NCBI GenBank assembly: GCA_963774265.1
Contig: CAVZDU010000001.1
Span: 160,001 to 224,000, forward strand
Direction of reading: 5' to 3'
From: an uncultured Chloroflexia bacterium
GTDB lineage: Bacteria; Chloroflexota; Anaerolineae; CG2-30-64-16
Length of the DNA: 64,000 nt
Shown: positions 12,371-23,104 of the stretch, piece after piece
Numbering within the stretch: the stretch's first letter is position 1
How the letters are laid out: each line of letters opens with the position of its first letter
Program-made: the position numbers and the translations under genes
The notes under the pieces: generated by a model
Seen by the model: the letters and a program-made list of their open reading frames with translations, nothing else
The model's database searches: none
What the model was told of the DNA's origin: nothing

Positions 12371-14538
12371 CTACAGCTTCGCCTTCACGACCTCCACCAC
12401 CTCCGGGAAGTCGATCCCCAGCTCTCGCAGCTTCTCCAGCGTCGGGACGCCGTTCGCGTTCCAGCCGCGGCGCTTGTAGACCGCGTCGATCAGCTCCTCG
12501 TACTGCGCCTCACGATACCTGCGCAGCGCCGCGACCTTCTCAGGCGTGCTCATTCCCGCCGGATCGATGCCGGCCTTCTCGCGCAGTTGCTTGTCGTAGC
12601 GCTCGACACGGCTCTCGTATTCCTCCATCGTCACCGGGCCGGCCGAGCGGTAGGGGATCGCATCGTCCGCGCGCGTGCCATGGCCCATCTTCAGGTTGAA
12701 GACGCGCTGGAAGTTGTAGACCCGCTCCGACATGAAGATCAGGTCTTCCTTGGTCACTTCCCGGCCGGTCGTGCCGGAGAAGAGCGCGACGTAGTTCGCC
12801 ACGTGCTCGGGCACCTTGGCCGGCTCGGCGGTGAGCGCGTTGTCTGCCGGCTCGATGTCGTTCCACGGCAGCTTGCACAGCCCGTTCAGCCCGAACCAGG
12901 TGCGCCACATGGGGAAGTAGTGCAGCGCCTCGGCCTTGTCCTCGAACGTGGGGATGTGGTTGTTCACCATGTCCATGAAGATCAGCCAGGCCTCGTCATG
13001 CTGCGCACCCTTGTTGGTCATGCCGTAGCCGCCCTGCTGCGCCAGGCTCTCCTTGGTCATGTACTCGGAGTACTCCATCCCCTTGTTTTCCATGCCGATG
13101 TCCTGGACGAACGCCGGGTCCGCGCCGTAGTGCTCGGCAAAATACTGCTTTCATTGCGCGTACACCCATGCCCGCGATCAGGCCGAACCCCTCGCCCGCG
13201 CGCCATCCGGTGCAGCAGCTCGAGCGCGGCCGCGGCATTGCCGAAGCGCAGCTCCAGCCCGCCCGTCTTCGTCTCGTCGAGGATGCCCGCCTCGTAGCAC
13301 TCCATGCAGAACGCGGTCAGGGTGCCGAAGGAGATCGAGTCGATGCCGTAGGTGTCACAGTAGAAGTTCAGCTCGATGATATCAGGCGGGTTGAAGATGC
13401 CCAGGTTCGAGCCGCAGCCTGCGACGGTCTCGTACTCCGGCCCATCCACCGTGACCTCCTGACCCATATACGGTCCCGTGCGCACGTGATAGCCATCCAC
13501 ACCCTTGGAGCACGCCATGGTGCAGCCGTAGATGCACGAGTCGGGATGGGTCTGGGTGAAGAGGTTATCCCAGACCGTGGACCGGATCTTGGGTGTATCG
13601 GGGTGCTGGCCGAATTTGAAGTTGTGCACAGGCAGCAGGTCGTAATCGTCCATGATCTCGACCAGGTGCGCGGTGCCCACGCGGCGCATCTTGTTCTGCT
13701 CGTCGTCGAGATCGACGATCTCTTTGTTGATGCGCTGGCCGACCGCGCGGATGCGCTTGATGTCGACCGGGTCGTTGGCCTCGGCCTTGAGGCCGGTGCG
13801 GCGGACCACGATGGCCTTGATCTTCTTGTCGCGCAGCACGGTGCCCAGCCCGCCGCGGCCGGCCTGCTTCACGCGCACCTTGCCTCGCTTCGGGTCGTAC
13901 CAGCTCACGTTCAGGCAGCCGATGCTGGTGTGCTCGCTGCCCTGTCCGGCCGAAACCACCGAGATATTGCGCTTGTCGCGCTCGTCCTTCGCGTACATCT
14001 CGGTGAGCTGCTCGGTCACCAGGTGGGTGTCCACCGCCTCCAGCGCCGCGGACTCGATGGTCACGCGGCCCTCATCGCCGTCGATGAAGATGACCACTTC
14101 TTCCGCAGCCTTGCCCTGCACCTCCAGCGCATCCCAACCCGCGATCTTCAACAGCGGCGCGAAGTAACCGCCGACGTTGCTGTCCACCACGATGTTGGTA
14201 AGCGGCGAGATGCCCACCACCAGCGACTTGCCGGTGCCGGGGTAGAGGATCGCGCCCGCCAGGGGGCCGGATGCGATCACGAGCTCGTTCTCGGGATCGT
14301 TCCATTTCGTCTGCCCCGTGACCGCGTGCCACAGCCGCCACAGCCCGAAGCCCTTACCGCCGACGAAGATCTCCTTCATCTGCTCGGTGACAGGCCGCGA
14401 CTCGATCTGGCCGGACGAGATGTTCACGTAGAGGGTCTGGCCCGCGTACCCGTGCTGGACCTTCGGGACCGCATAGGTGTATTCGGCCAGGATGTAGTGT
14501 GCTTTCCTGATGTCGCTAACTGATCCCAGGGTCGACAT
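12371..14538 (-). CDS. Aldehyde:ferredoxin oxidoreductase family (W/Mo-pterin); frameshift near 13150-13200
   Basis: GGKGFG, DSNVGGYF, GWDALEVQGKA, QAGRGGLGTV...KKIKAIVV, C..GC...C, GPEYET, C-terminal YKRRGWNANGVPTLEKLRELG. Confidence 0.9.
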
Positions 14539-14662
14539 TGACTCCTCCTGAAAAGATGGGGCTGGCGCCCACGCCTTGAGAGGCGATAGATTGCTGAAAC
14601 CATTATAGTCACATTCGGCCGCGCCGCCATGACATAGGTCATGGCCCATGCCTTACGGCATG

Positions 14663-16282
14663 CAGCAATTCTAAATATGGCGGGGAGTGGTAGACTGGGA
14701 GGTGAGCCAGCGAATCCGGCGTGAGGTGGGGCGAGGCATGGGTGGGAAACAGGTAAGGTTCAGCGAGTTGCTGCGGTTTTTGCGGGCCAGCCTGGAACGG
14801 ATTCCGGAGCACCGGCGGGGTGAGAACGGGCACTATGCGATTGCGGATGCCGGGCTAGCGGCTTTCTCGGTGTTCTTCATGCAGGAGCCCTCCTTTCTGG
14901 CCTACCAAACGAACCTGCAGGAGAACCACGGGCGCAATAACGCCAAGAGCCTGTTTGGCGTGGCGGAGATTCCCAGCGATGGGCAGACTCGCAATCTGCT
15001 CGATCCAGTCGATCCGGTCCTGCTGGGCGAACCCTTTTGGGCGAGCTACGAACTGCTGGCCCGGCGTGGGGCGCTGCGGGACTATCACGGTGCGACTGGT
15101 AGTCAGTTGGTGTCGCTGGACGGCACGCAGTCCTTTGCATCCCAGAAGGTGCACTGTGACAACTGCCGGGTGACGGTACGCGACGGACGTACCTATTATG
15201 CGCATCAAGTGTTGCTTGCAGTAGTGGGCGCGCCCGCGCAGCCGCACGTGGTCTGTCTGCCGCCGGAGTTCATCACGCCGCAGGACGGGGCAGACAAACA
15301 GGACTGCGAGCAGCGGGCCATCAAGCGCTGGGTCAAGCAGCATGCCGGGCGCTTTGCGCCTTGGAGTACGACCGTCTTGACCGACGATCTGCATGCGCAC
15401 CAGCCGGTCTGTCAATTACTCTTGGATCACCACCTGCACTTCATCCTCACCTGCAAACCCGACTCGCACCCGACGCTGTACGAAGAGTTGCAGCTTCTGG
15501 AGCGGGTCGAGGGGGCAGTGGGAAGCAAGCGCATCCGGCGCTGGAACGGCCGCCATCATGAGGTCTGGCAATATCGTTGGGCGAGTGAGTTGCCGATCCG
15601 CGAAGGGCAGGACGCACTCAAGGTCAACTGGTGTGAGTTGCGGCTGATCAACCAGGAGAGCGGCGAGCAGCTGTATCACAACGCCTGGCTCACCGACCAC
15701 GCTTTGGACGAAACTTCAGTCGAGGCCGTCGCCCAGGATGGGCGGAGCCGCTGGAAGGTCGAAAACGAAGGCATCAACGTGCTCAAGCAGCGCGGCTACC
15801 ATTTCGAGCACAACTACGGACATGGCGACCAGCACCTGGCCGCTGTGCTTTTGAGTTTGCTGCTGCTGGCCTTCCTGTTCCACACGGCGCTGGACCTGGC
15901 CTGCCTGATGTACCAGGCCATCCGCCAGAAGCTGCGCACCCGCCGCAAGTTCTTCGATGACCTGCGCGGCTTGACGACCTATCTCTACTGGCGCAGCTTC
16001 CAGCACCTGCTCAGCTTCATGTATCGCCAACTGGAGTTGGGTCCGCCAGCCCCAGCCTAATGCCCGATGGGCCTGACCGCCCATTGATCCCGGCCCCGGT
16101 CGGAGGCTGTCGCCTGTCCAGCGCCAGCGCCCAGTGCCGCCAGCTCCACTCCCGGCCGCCCGACCCGCCTCTTTCCGGCCCTCAATCTGCCACCGCGGCT
16201 GTCCACCCGCACGCAGGCAGCCCCCGGCTACCTCCGACCTTGACTTCACCGGCTTGGAGCCATGCCAAATTCAGAATTGCTG
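14663..16282 (+). mobile_element. IS element (ISNCY-like DDE), 1620 bp
   Basis: TIRs CAGCAATTCTAAATATGGC / rc CAGCAATTCTGAATTTGGC; 9-bp TSD TACGGCATG at 14654-14662 and 16283-16291. Confidence 0.9.
14738..16060 (+). CDS. Transposase (ISNCY-like)
   Basis: SLDGT, KQDCE, TDDL, GRSRWKVENEG.NVLK..GYHFEHNYGHG. Confidence 0.88.
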   Translation: MGGKQVRFSELLRFLRASLERIPEHRRGENGHYAIADAGLAAFSVFFMQEPSFLAYQTNLQENHGRNNAKSLFGVAEIPSDGQTRNLLDPVDPVLLGEPFWASYELLARRGALRDYHGATGSQLVSLDGTQSFASQKVHCDNCRVTVRDGRTYYAHQVLLAVVGAPAQPHVVCLPPEFITPQDGADKQDCEQRAIKRWVKQHAGRFAPWSTTVLTDDLHAHQPVCQLLLDHHLHFILTCKPDSHPTLYEELQLLERVEGAVGSKRIRRWNGRHHEVWQYRWASELPIREGQDALKVNWCELRLINQESGEQLYHNAWLTDHALDETSVEAVAQDGRSRWKVENEGINVLKQRGYHFEHNYGHGDQHLAAVLLSLLLLAFLFHTALDLACLMYQAIRQKLRTRRKFFDDLRGLTTYLYWRSFQHLLSFMYRQLELGPPAPA

Positions 16283-16390
16283 TACGGCATGGGGCTGAGT
16301 TGCAGGGTCGCGCGTTGTATGATAGTCTTGCAACGTTATTTATTGGTTGCAGTGAGCGTTCTTGTCGTTCATCTGGCAAGGAGCAATTCA

Positions 16391-17551
16391 ATGGCCTCTT
16401 TCCTGCAACGCAAGTGGGTGCGCATCGTGCTCTTGGCCCTCGCCTTGGCGGCCGGATTAGCGATCGGTTTGGTCGGGATCGGTTGGGGGCTCTGGCCTGT
16501 GCAATGGTCCGACGCGCTGGCCGTGGATCTCGCGCCCGCCGAGAAGGAGAAGTACCTCGACGTCGTCGCTGAATCCTATACGATCAAGCGCGACGTGACC
16601 GCGGCCCAGGAGCAGCTTGCTACATTTGCGCCTGAGGAGCAGCCCGCACTGCTGGCAGACGTCCAGACGCGCGTCGCGCGCCGACTGCAGAAAACCGAAA
16701 ACATCCTCGTGCTCGGCGACGACAGCCACCACAACTACGCGATCTGGCGCACCGACTCGATCATGGTCATCGCGATTGACCGGGAGAACCGGCAGGTTGG
16801 CGTCGTCAGCATCCCGCGCGATCTCTACGTGGACATCCCCGATTACGGCATGGAACGCATCAACGTGGCCGACTACATCGGAGAAATCAGGGAGTATCCC
16901 GGGGGTGGGCCCGCGCTCGCGGGCCGCGTGATCTCCGACACGTTGGGCATCCCGACGCAGCACTATATCCGCGTCCACCTGCAAGGCCTCGTCAAACTGG
17001 TCGACGCGCTCGGCGGTATCACGGTCAAGCTGGACTGCCCGCTATACGAGATGGAAGCCTTTCAGAACAAGACGACCGACGCGATCGAATACACCACCTG
17101 GACCTTGCCGGCGGGTGAAGTCCACCTCAACGGCGCCGATGCCCGCAGATTCGCCACCTACCGCTATGCGACGAGCGACTTCAGTCGCAGTGCGCGCCAG
17201 CAGCAGATCATCTGGGCGCTGCGTAACCGGGCGCGCGAGATCAATCTCATCCCGCGGCTCCCGGAGCTGTGGACCGCCCTGGGCGATCTTTACTCGACCG
17301 ATCTCACCCTGGTTGACGTGGCCAAGCTGGCCCAATTCGGCATGGACCTCGACTCCTCGAATGTCCACAGCCTCTCGCTCAACATGGAGGTGTTGGACAA
17401 CTTCGAAAACCCTGCAGGCGCCTCGTTGTTAGTCATCGGCGACAAGGAGTTGTTCGAACTGAAGAAGGAACAGCTCTTCATGCAGAAGCCGATGGAACGG
17501 CTGGGGAAAAAGGACGCGGGCGAAGAGTGCCCGCCTCCGCCGGCGCAGTAA
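16391..17551 (+). CDS. LCP (LytR-CpsA-Psr) family cell-envelope phosphotransferase
   Basis: N-terminal TM; NILVLGDD, RTDSIMV, SIPRDLYV, LVDALGGITV, DFSRSARQQ. Confidence 0.9.
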   Translation: MASFLQRKWVRIVLLALALAAGLAIGLVGIGWGLWPVQWSDALAVDLAPAEKEKYLDVVAESYTIKRDVTAAQEQLATFAPEEQPALLADVQTRVARRLQKTENILVLGDDSHHNYAIWRTDSIMVIAIDRENRQVGVVSIPRDLYVDIPDYGMERINVADYIGEIREYPGGGPALAGRVISDTLGIPTQHYIRVHLQGLVKLVDALGGITVKLDCPLYEMEAFQNKTTDAIEYTTWTLPAGEVHLNGADARRFATYRYATSDFSRSARQQQIIWALRNRAREINLIPRLPELWTALGDLYSTDLTLVDVAKLAQFGMDLDSSNVHSLSLNMEVLDNFENPAGASLLVIGDKELFELKKEQLFMQKPMERLGKKDAGEECPPPPAQ

Positions 17552-17571
17552 GTGACGGCCACAACCAAGCT

Positions 17572-17696
17572 GCCGGACGATAAATCACCCGGCTACCTCG
17601 CAACGCTCGGTCAACCGGGCTATTTCGGCGTAACCACCTCACGTAAGCCCGCTTCAACGGGCGCTGTTGGGTAGCCCGGCGACTTTAGCGCCGGGC
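17572..17696. repeat. Inverted pair of composite REP-like palindromes between convergent genes
   Basis: rc of 17572-17621 (AGCCCGGTTGACCGAGCG...GTAGCCGGGTGATTTATCGTCCGGC) aligns with 17646-17696 (AGCCCGCTTCAACGGGCG...GTAGCCCGGCGACTTTAGCGCCGGGC). Confidence 0.65.
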
Positions 17697-17703
17697 GGTG
17701 GCT

Positions 17704-18477
17704 TCATTCATGCGCACGCTCGGTCCGGATGACCAGCACCTGGCTCGCTTCGCCCGCACCCAGCGCCACCCGCCTGTCGCGCAGGAGCACGATCAGCGGC
17801 CCGTGGCTGGTGGCCTGCAGCACCTTGAGCCCGGTCCCCGGCGCAAAGCCGAGGCCTGCCAGCCGCCCCCCAAGGCCGGAACCTCCGGTCAGGCCCGCGA
17901 CCACCCCGGCGTCTCCTGCCTGCAGGCTGCTAAGGGGTATCACGGCGCCGGACACCCCGGCGGCGCCGGCTGCCCCAGCGGCGCCGGCCGCGCCGCCGCG
18001 CGGCGCCTCTGCGCCTTTGGGGTGCGGGGTTTTCCCTCCCACCTCTTGCTCCTGCGCTTCGCGGCACTCGGCACAGAGGCCCGTCAGATCGATGCGGACC
18101 TCCTGCACGTCGTAGCCGTACTCATCCCCCACGGAGGCCGCCAGCTCTTCTACCAGGAAGGTCGAAAACTCGGTCACCCGGCCGCAGCCGCGGCAGATCA
18201 GGTGGTGATGCGCGGCCGCCGCCTTCAGCTCATAGTGGTGGTGATCCTCGCCCAGGTGGACCTCATCCACCAGCCCCAGGTCGCGCAGCAGGCTCAGCGT
18301 GCGGTAGACCGTCGAGAGGCTCAGCCGCGGGTTCTGCTGGCGCGCGAGCGTGTAGATCTGGTCCGCGTCGAGGTGCTCCCCGTGTGCGCGGATGATCTCC
18401 AGAAGCAGGCGGCGCTGCTCGGTGACGCGGCGCCGCGTGGCGTGCAGGGTGGTTTCCAGTGGGAGCGGAGCGGGCAT
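17704..18477 (-). CDS. Fur-family transcriptional regulator fused to a C-terminal FeoA (SH3-like) domain
   Basis: RRVTEQRRLLL, HLDADQIY, LSLSTVYRTL, HHHLICRGC, CAEC; Gly/Ala linker; PLSSLQAG...RLAGLGFAPG...GPLIVLLRDRRVALG. Confidence 0.88.
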   Translation of the reverse strand: MPAPLPLETTLHATRRRVTEQRRLLLEIIRAHGEHLDADQIYTLARQQNPRLSLSTVYRTLSLLRDLGLVDEVHLGEDHHHYELKAAAAHHHLICRGCGRVTEFSTFLVEELAASVGDEYGYDVQEVRIDLTGLCAECREAQEQEVGGKTPHPKGAEAPRGGAAGAAGAAGAAGVSGAVIPLSSLQAGDAGVVAGLTGGSGLGGRLAGLGFAPGTGLKVLQATSHGPLIVLLRDRRVALGAGEASQVLVIRTERAHE

Positions 18478-18488
18478 GGCGGCCTCGG

Positions 18489-18542
18489 TTATTGAGAATG
18501 GGATGCAATTGCAATCCTACCGCCGCCGGCGAAGGTTGTCAA
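18489..18542 (-). promoter_or_regulatory. Sigma70 promoter of fur-feoA with an overlapping Fur-box-like operator
   Basis: TTGACA(18542-18537)-N17-TAGGAT(18519-18514), followed by TGCAATTGCATCCCATTCTCAATAA (one strong half-site). Confidence 0.6.
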
Positions 18543-18595
18543 CACTGCGCACCGATGATACCATCTCACCTGTTCCGAAAAGGAGAGACCTCAGC

Positions 18596-19929
18596 ATGAA
18601 ACGGGCCTTTTCTCGGGCAGCCATTGCCCTGATCGCGATACTGACCATTTCCGGCGTGCGGGCTTCAGCGGACGAGCGCGTTCTCCCCACCGCTGGCGTC
18701 AGAACCATCGCGCTCGAGGATGGCTCCCTGGTGGACGAGACCATCATCGATGGCCCGCCGCGCCCTCCCCCCGGCTACGAGCTGGAGCGTGCATCCGTGG
18801 CGCTGCCCGCACCCGACACGGTCGCGGGAACCAATGTGCTGACTGTCCCCGCGTATGCGTGGTCTTTCGGATGCACTGCGACCTCCGGCGCGATGATCGC
18901 CGGGTATTATGACCGGACGGGTTATGGGAACATGTATGCCGGTCCCACCAACGGCGGCATGATGCCGCCGGACAGCAGCGCCTGGCCGCGGTGGATCGAC
19001 GGGAACGGCGACACGTACGACCAATGCCCATTGACCGCCTCCCGCCTGGGGCTGGATGGCAGAGCAGGCCGCGGCTCCATCGACGACTACTGGATCGCCT
19101 ATGGCAGCACCGCGAGGATCCCTACATAACAGGCGGCTGGACCCAACACACATGGGGCGATGCGATCGGCGACTACATGAAAACCAGCCAGTCCGCCTAC
19201 GGCAACAGCGATGGATCGACGCTCTACTACACCTGGACGTCCTCGCCTGGGCAGCTCACCTGCGCTTACCTGGCAGCGAACGACCTGATACAGGATGTGG
19301 CCTTAGGGATCAAAGCCTTTTATGAAGCCAGGGGCTATACGGTCACGGACTGCTATAACCAAAAGACCAACAATATTGTGAGTGGAGCATTCTCATTCGC
19401 CCTGTACAAGGCGGAAATCGATGCGGGCCGGCCCGTGATGCTTCACCTTAATGGCCATACCGTCGTCGGCGTCGGTTATAGCGACGCTGCCAACACGGTC
19501 TACCTCCACGACACCTGGGACTACGGCACTCACACGATGACCTGGGGGGGCAGTTATTCGGGGCGTGCGATGATGGCAGTCAGCATTGTGAAGCTTCTGG
19601 GGCCGCTGCCGGCAGTTGGCGAGCTGGCCGTCGCCCGCGTTGACGACACGACGATAGAGTTGACGTGGGTCGCGGTCACAGGCGCGACCGGTTACGAGGT
19701 CTGGTATGCGACCGGCGAACCGTACTTCACCCCCGGCGACGACTGCAATAACCCCGGCCGCTTCGGGTGTGCGGCAGTCACAGGCACGAGCTTCGAACAC
19801 GCCTCGCTGGGCAGTGCGGCCGGCAACATCACCTACGCCGTGCGTGCGGTGAGCGCCTCCGGCGCCCCCCCGTCCCTCTCAGCAGGCCGCGTGGGCGAAT
19901 TTGTGTATGACTTGGCGCCGGGAGGCTGA
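18596..19929 (+). CDS. Secreted papain-like cysteine peptidase (C39/C10-like) with C-terminal FN3-like domain; frameshift near 19110
   Basis: Signal peptide; WSFGCTATSGAM (Cys), EIDAGRPV.LHLNGHTVVGVGY (His), HDTW; LTWVAVTGATGYEVWY. Confidence 0.7.
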
Positions 19930-19967
19930 AGCCTCGCTCCACCAGCATTCGTTCGCGCGAGTGGCCC

Positions 19968-22148
19968 CTATCCCTTGTGCAGGCCTCTCCAAACCGCCTC
20001 GGGCACGAGCGGAAGACGGTCGAACCATACCCCGGTCGCATCATGAACCGCGCAGACGATGGCCGGGGCAAGGGGGCCAAACGGCGCTTCACCCACGCCC
20101 CGCACGCCAAACGGGCCTTGGGGATCGGGCTTTTCCAGCAGGTGTGTCTCCACGCTTGCCGGTATATCGGCCACCGTGGGAATCAGGTAGGTGCTCAGCC
20201 GGTCGGTCAGGATGCGGCCGTCCTCGGTGACGAGATTCTCCATCACCGCCCAGCCCTGGGCCTGCACGACAGCTCCCTCAATCTGCCCCTGCACCTGTTG
20301 CGGGTTGACCGCGCGGCCGGGATCCTGGACCGCGATCACGCGCTCCAGCCGGACGAAACCCGTCTCGGTGTCTACTTCGACCTCAACGGCTTGGGCAACA
20401 TAGGAGAAGCTGACCGAGTTCACCGACGCGCCGGTCTCCGGATCGAAGGGTGTAGTCACTGGCGCCCGGTAACGGTACTCGGCCACGGCCGGGCGATCCT
20501 CGTCGCGCCAGCGGGCGAGCGCCATGTCGGCCGCGGTCACCACCGCGTTACCGGCGAAGAATGTCAGCCGGGAAGCCGAGGCCGGCCCCGCATCGCCGAT
20601 ATTGGCCGTGTCAGATGCGATCACCGACACGCGTTCTACGGGAATGCCCAGCCTCTCGGCCGCAAGCTGCGCCAAGGCCGAATGCGCACCCTGCCCCACC
20701 TCCGCGGCCGCCGTATGGACTTCTGCGGCCTCGATGGTCGTATCACCGTGCAGCACCACGCGCGCCGTGCTACCCTCCGGGAACCCAAAACTGAAACCGG
20801 CGTTTTTCATGCTCACTGCCAGGCCCAGCCCGCGGCGCTTTCCCGTCGCGCACCCTCCGGCGGCGCCGGCCAGCGAGGGAAACTGCCAACCCGTTGGGGT
20901 TTCGATAACGCCGGCCTCCCTGGCGCAGGCTTCGAGCAGCTCCGCCACGCTGACACCGCCCGGTATCGGCGATTGAGTCGCCAGCAAATCGCCATCGCGC
21001 AGGCAGTTGCGCAGCCGAAGCGTGACCGGGTCAATGCCCAGCGCCTCCGCCAGGTGCGCCATCTGCAGTTCTGAAGCGAAGGCCGCCTGGGGCGCGCCGA
21101 AGCCGCGCAGGGCGCCGGTGGAAATGTTGTTGGTGTAGACGGCCCGGCCGTCGATGCGCACATTCGGGATGTTGTAGGGGCCGGTGGCGGCGAAGAGGAA
21201 GTTGTCCAACACCGAGGTGCTGGTCGAGGCGTACGCGCCGGCATCAGAAACGATGTCCATCTCTGCGGCCACCAGCGTGCCATCGCGGCGCGCGCCCCAC
21301 TTGTAGTGCAGGCGGATCGGGTGGCGCTTATGGTGGGCGGTGATGGATTCCGTACGGGTCCATTCGATCTTGACCGGCCGGCGCAAGCGCCAGGCAGCCA
21401 GGGCCAGGACGAGCTGCACTGAGATGTCCTCGCGTCCGCCGAAGGCGCCGCCAATCGGGCCATAAATGATGCGCACCTGCTCCAGCGGCAGGCCCAGCGC
21501 CTCGGCGATCTGGCGCTGGTCGTCATGGGTGTTCTGGCCCGCGCCGTGGACCGTAACCCGGCCTTGCTCATCGATGTAGCCGAGGCCGGCCTCCGGCTCC
21601 ATGAAGGCGTGTTCCTGGTACGATGTTTGGTAAGTACGCTCCACCACAACGTCGGCCGACGCCATCGCCGCGCTCGCGTCGCCACGGCGCAGGCGGATGG
21701 TGCGCAGCACGTTGTCGGGGTGTTCGGCGTGGAGGATCGGCGCGCCGGGGCCGAGGGCCTGGTCCGGATCGGCCAGCACGGGCAAATCCTCGTACTCCAC
21801 CGCCACCAGCGCGGCAGCCGCAGCAGCTTGCTCCGGCGTCTCAGCGACCACGGCCGCGACCCGGTCGCCCACGAATCGCACCACATCAGCGCAGAAGACG
21901 GGCTGATCGGCGATCATCAGGCCGTACAGGTTGTGCGGCACATCGCGGGCAGTGAAGACCGCGTGAACGCCGGGGCAGGCCAGGGCGCGGCTCGTATCCA
22001 GGCTCACGATCCGCGCGTGGGGACGGCCGGCGAACACCAGCTTCATGTGCAACATGCCGGCCGTGCGCAAGTCCCTTGCGAACACTGCGGTTCCGGTGAC
22101 CTTGGACACCGCATCCCCACGGACGACCGACTTCCCGACTGACGTCAT
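19968..22148 (-). CDS. Xanthine dehydrogenase-family molybdopterin-binding subunit
   Basis: VGKSVVR.DAVSKVTG, QEHAFMEPE, IGGAFGGRE, RGFGAPQ, GQIEGAVVQAQG, GVRGVGE. Confidence 0.92.
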   Translation of the reverse strand: MTSVGKSVVRGDAVSKVTGTAVFARDLRTAGMLHMKLVFAGRPHARIVSLDTSRALACPGVHAVFTARDVPHNLYGLMIADQPVFCADVVRFVGDRVAAVVAETPEQAAAAAALVAVEYEDLPVLADPDQALGPGAPILHAEHPDNVLRTIRLRRGDASAAMASADVVVERTYQTSYQEHAFMEPEAGLGYIDEQGRVTVHGAGQNTHDDQRQIAEALGLPLEQVRIIYGPIGGAFGGREDISVQLVLALAAWRLRRPVKIEWTRTESITAHHKRHPIRLHYKWGARRDGTLVAAEMDIVSDAGAYASTSTSVLDNFLFAATGPYNIPNVRIDGRAVYTNNISTGALRGFGAPQAAFASELQMAHLAEALGIDPVTLRLRNCLRDGDLLATQSPIPGGVSVAELLEACAREAGVIETPTGWQFPSLAGAAGGCATGKRRGLGLAVSMKNAGFSFGFPEGSTARVVLHGDTTIEAAEVHTAAAEVGQGAHSALAQLAAERLGIPVERVSVIASDTANIGDAGPASASRLTFFAGNAVVTAADMALARWRDEDRPAVAEYRYRAPVTTPFDPETGASVNSVSFSYVAQAVEVEVDTETGFVRLERVIAVQDPGRAVNPQQVQGQIEGAVVQAQGWAVMENLVTEDGRILTDRLSTYLIPTVADIPASVETHLLEKPDPQGPFGVRGVGEAPFGPLAPAIVCAVHDATGVWFDRLPLVPEAVWRGLHKG

Positions 22149-22159
22149 GGCGGCCTCCA

Positions 22160-23104
22160 CTATTTATCCCCGCGCGAGTAGGGCACGGCGAACGCGGCCG
22201 GGAACTCAGCGCGACGGGAGACTCCGACCAGGACGATGATCGTGATCACGTAAGGCAGCATCAGCAGAAGCTCGGACGGGATCGGCAGTTTGAGCGTTTG
22301 CAGCGACAACTGGAGAGCCATGGCGCCGCCGAAGAGCAGCGCGCCCCAAAGCGCACGCACGGGATCCCAGCGCGCAAACACGACCACGGCCACCGCAATG
22401 AAACCCCGGCCCGCGGTGATCTGGGTCCAGAAGATGCCGAGGCTGGCCAGCGGCAGGAATGCACCGCCCAGGCCAGCGAGCGCCCCGCCGATGATCAGGC
22501 TGATGTAGCGCAACCGATCCACGCTCAGCCCGCGCGTGTCCACCGCGTCGGGCCTCTCGCCGACTGCGCGGAGCGCCAGCCCGAAGCGCGTGCGGTACAA
22601 GACGACCCAGGCCACCGGCACCAGGATCAGGGCCAGGTAGACAAGGATGTTGTGAGTGAAGACCATCTCGCCCAGCACAGGGAGCCGGCTAAGCCCCGGG
22701 ATCGGCTGCACCGGGAACATTGTGATGGTCGGCGGCGTGCTGCGCAGCCCAAAGAACAGGCGGAAGAGCAGGGTTGACAACCCGCTGCCCAGAATGGTGA
22801 TCCCCAGGCCCGCGACCACCTGATTCACCTTGGCGGTAACGCTCATAAAGCCCATCAACAGCCCCATTGCGGCCCCGCACAGCATCGCCAACAGCACGCC
22901 GAGCCACAGGCTGCCGGTTGCGTAGGCGCCGACAAAGCCCGCCAACGCACCCATGAGCATGATTCCCTCCAGGCCCAGGTTCAGGATGCCGGCCCGTTCT
23001 GTGAAGGTCTCCCCGAGAGCCGCGAAAAGAATCGGCACGGCCAGCCGCACGGCGGCCCCCAGCAGACCAACTATGAACGGAAAGGTGATCAGTTCGACGT
23101 TCAT
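22160..23104 (-). CDS. Nucleoside/purine ABC transporter permease
   Basis: ERAGILNLGLEGIM, TRFGLALRAVGE, AGRGFIAVA, MLPYVITI. Confidence 0.9.
   Translation of the reverse strand: MNVELITFPFIVGLLGAAVRLAVPILFAALGETFTERAGILNLGLEGIMLMGALAGFVGAYATGSLWLGVLLAMLCGAAMGLLMGFMSVTAKVNQVVAGLGITILGSGLSTLLFRLFFGLRSTPPTITMFPVQPIPGLSRLPVLGEMVFTHNILVYLALILVPVAWVVLYRTRFGLALRAVGERPDAVDTRGLSVDRLRYISLIIGGALAGLGGAFLPLASLGIFWTQITAGRGFIAVAVVVFARWDPVRALWGALLFGGAMALQLSLQTLKLPIPSELLLMLPYVITIIVLVGVSRRAEFPAAFAVPYSRGDK

Noticed and set aside
7235-12479. Long plus-strand ORFs opposite the BNR protein, and similar antisense ORFs such as 13168-14523, 31705-33150 and 37359-38618
   Set aside because: Shadow ORFs expected in high-GC DNA opposite well-supported genes; no recognisable motifs.
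12371-22148. Selenocysteine or pyrrolysine read-through in AOR or XDH
   Set aside because: The AOR break is a frame change, not an in-frame TGA/TAG, and the XDH ORF is uninterrupted.
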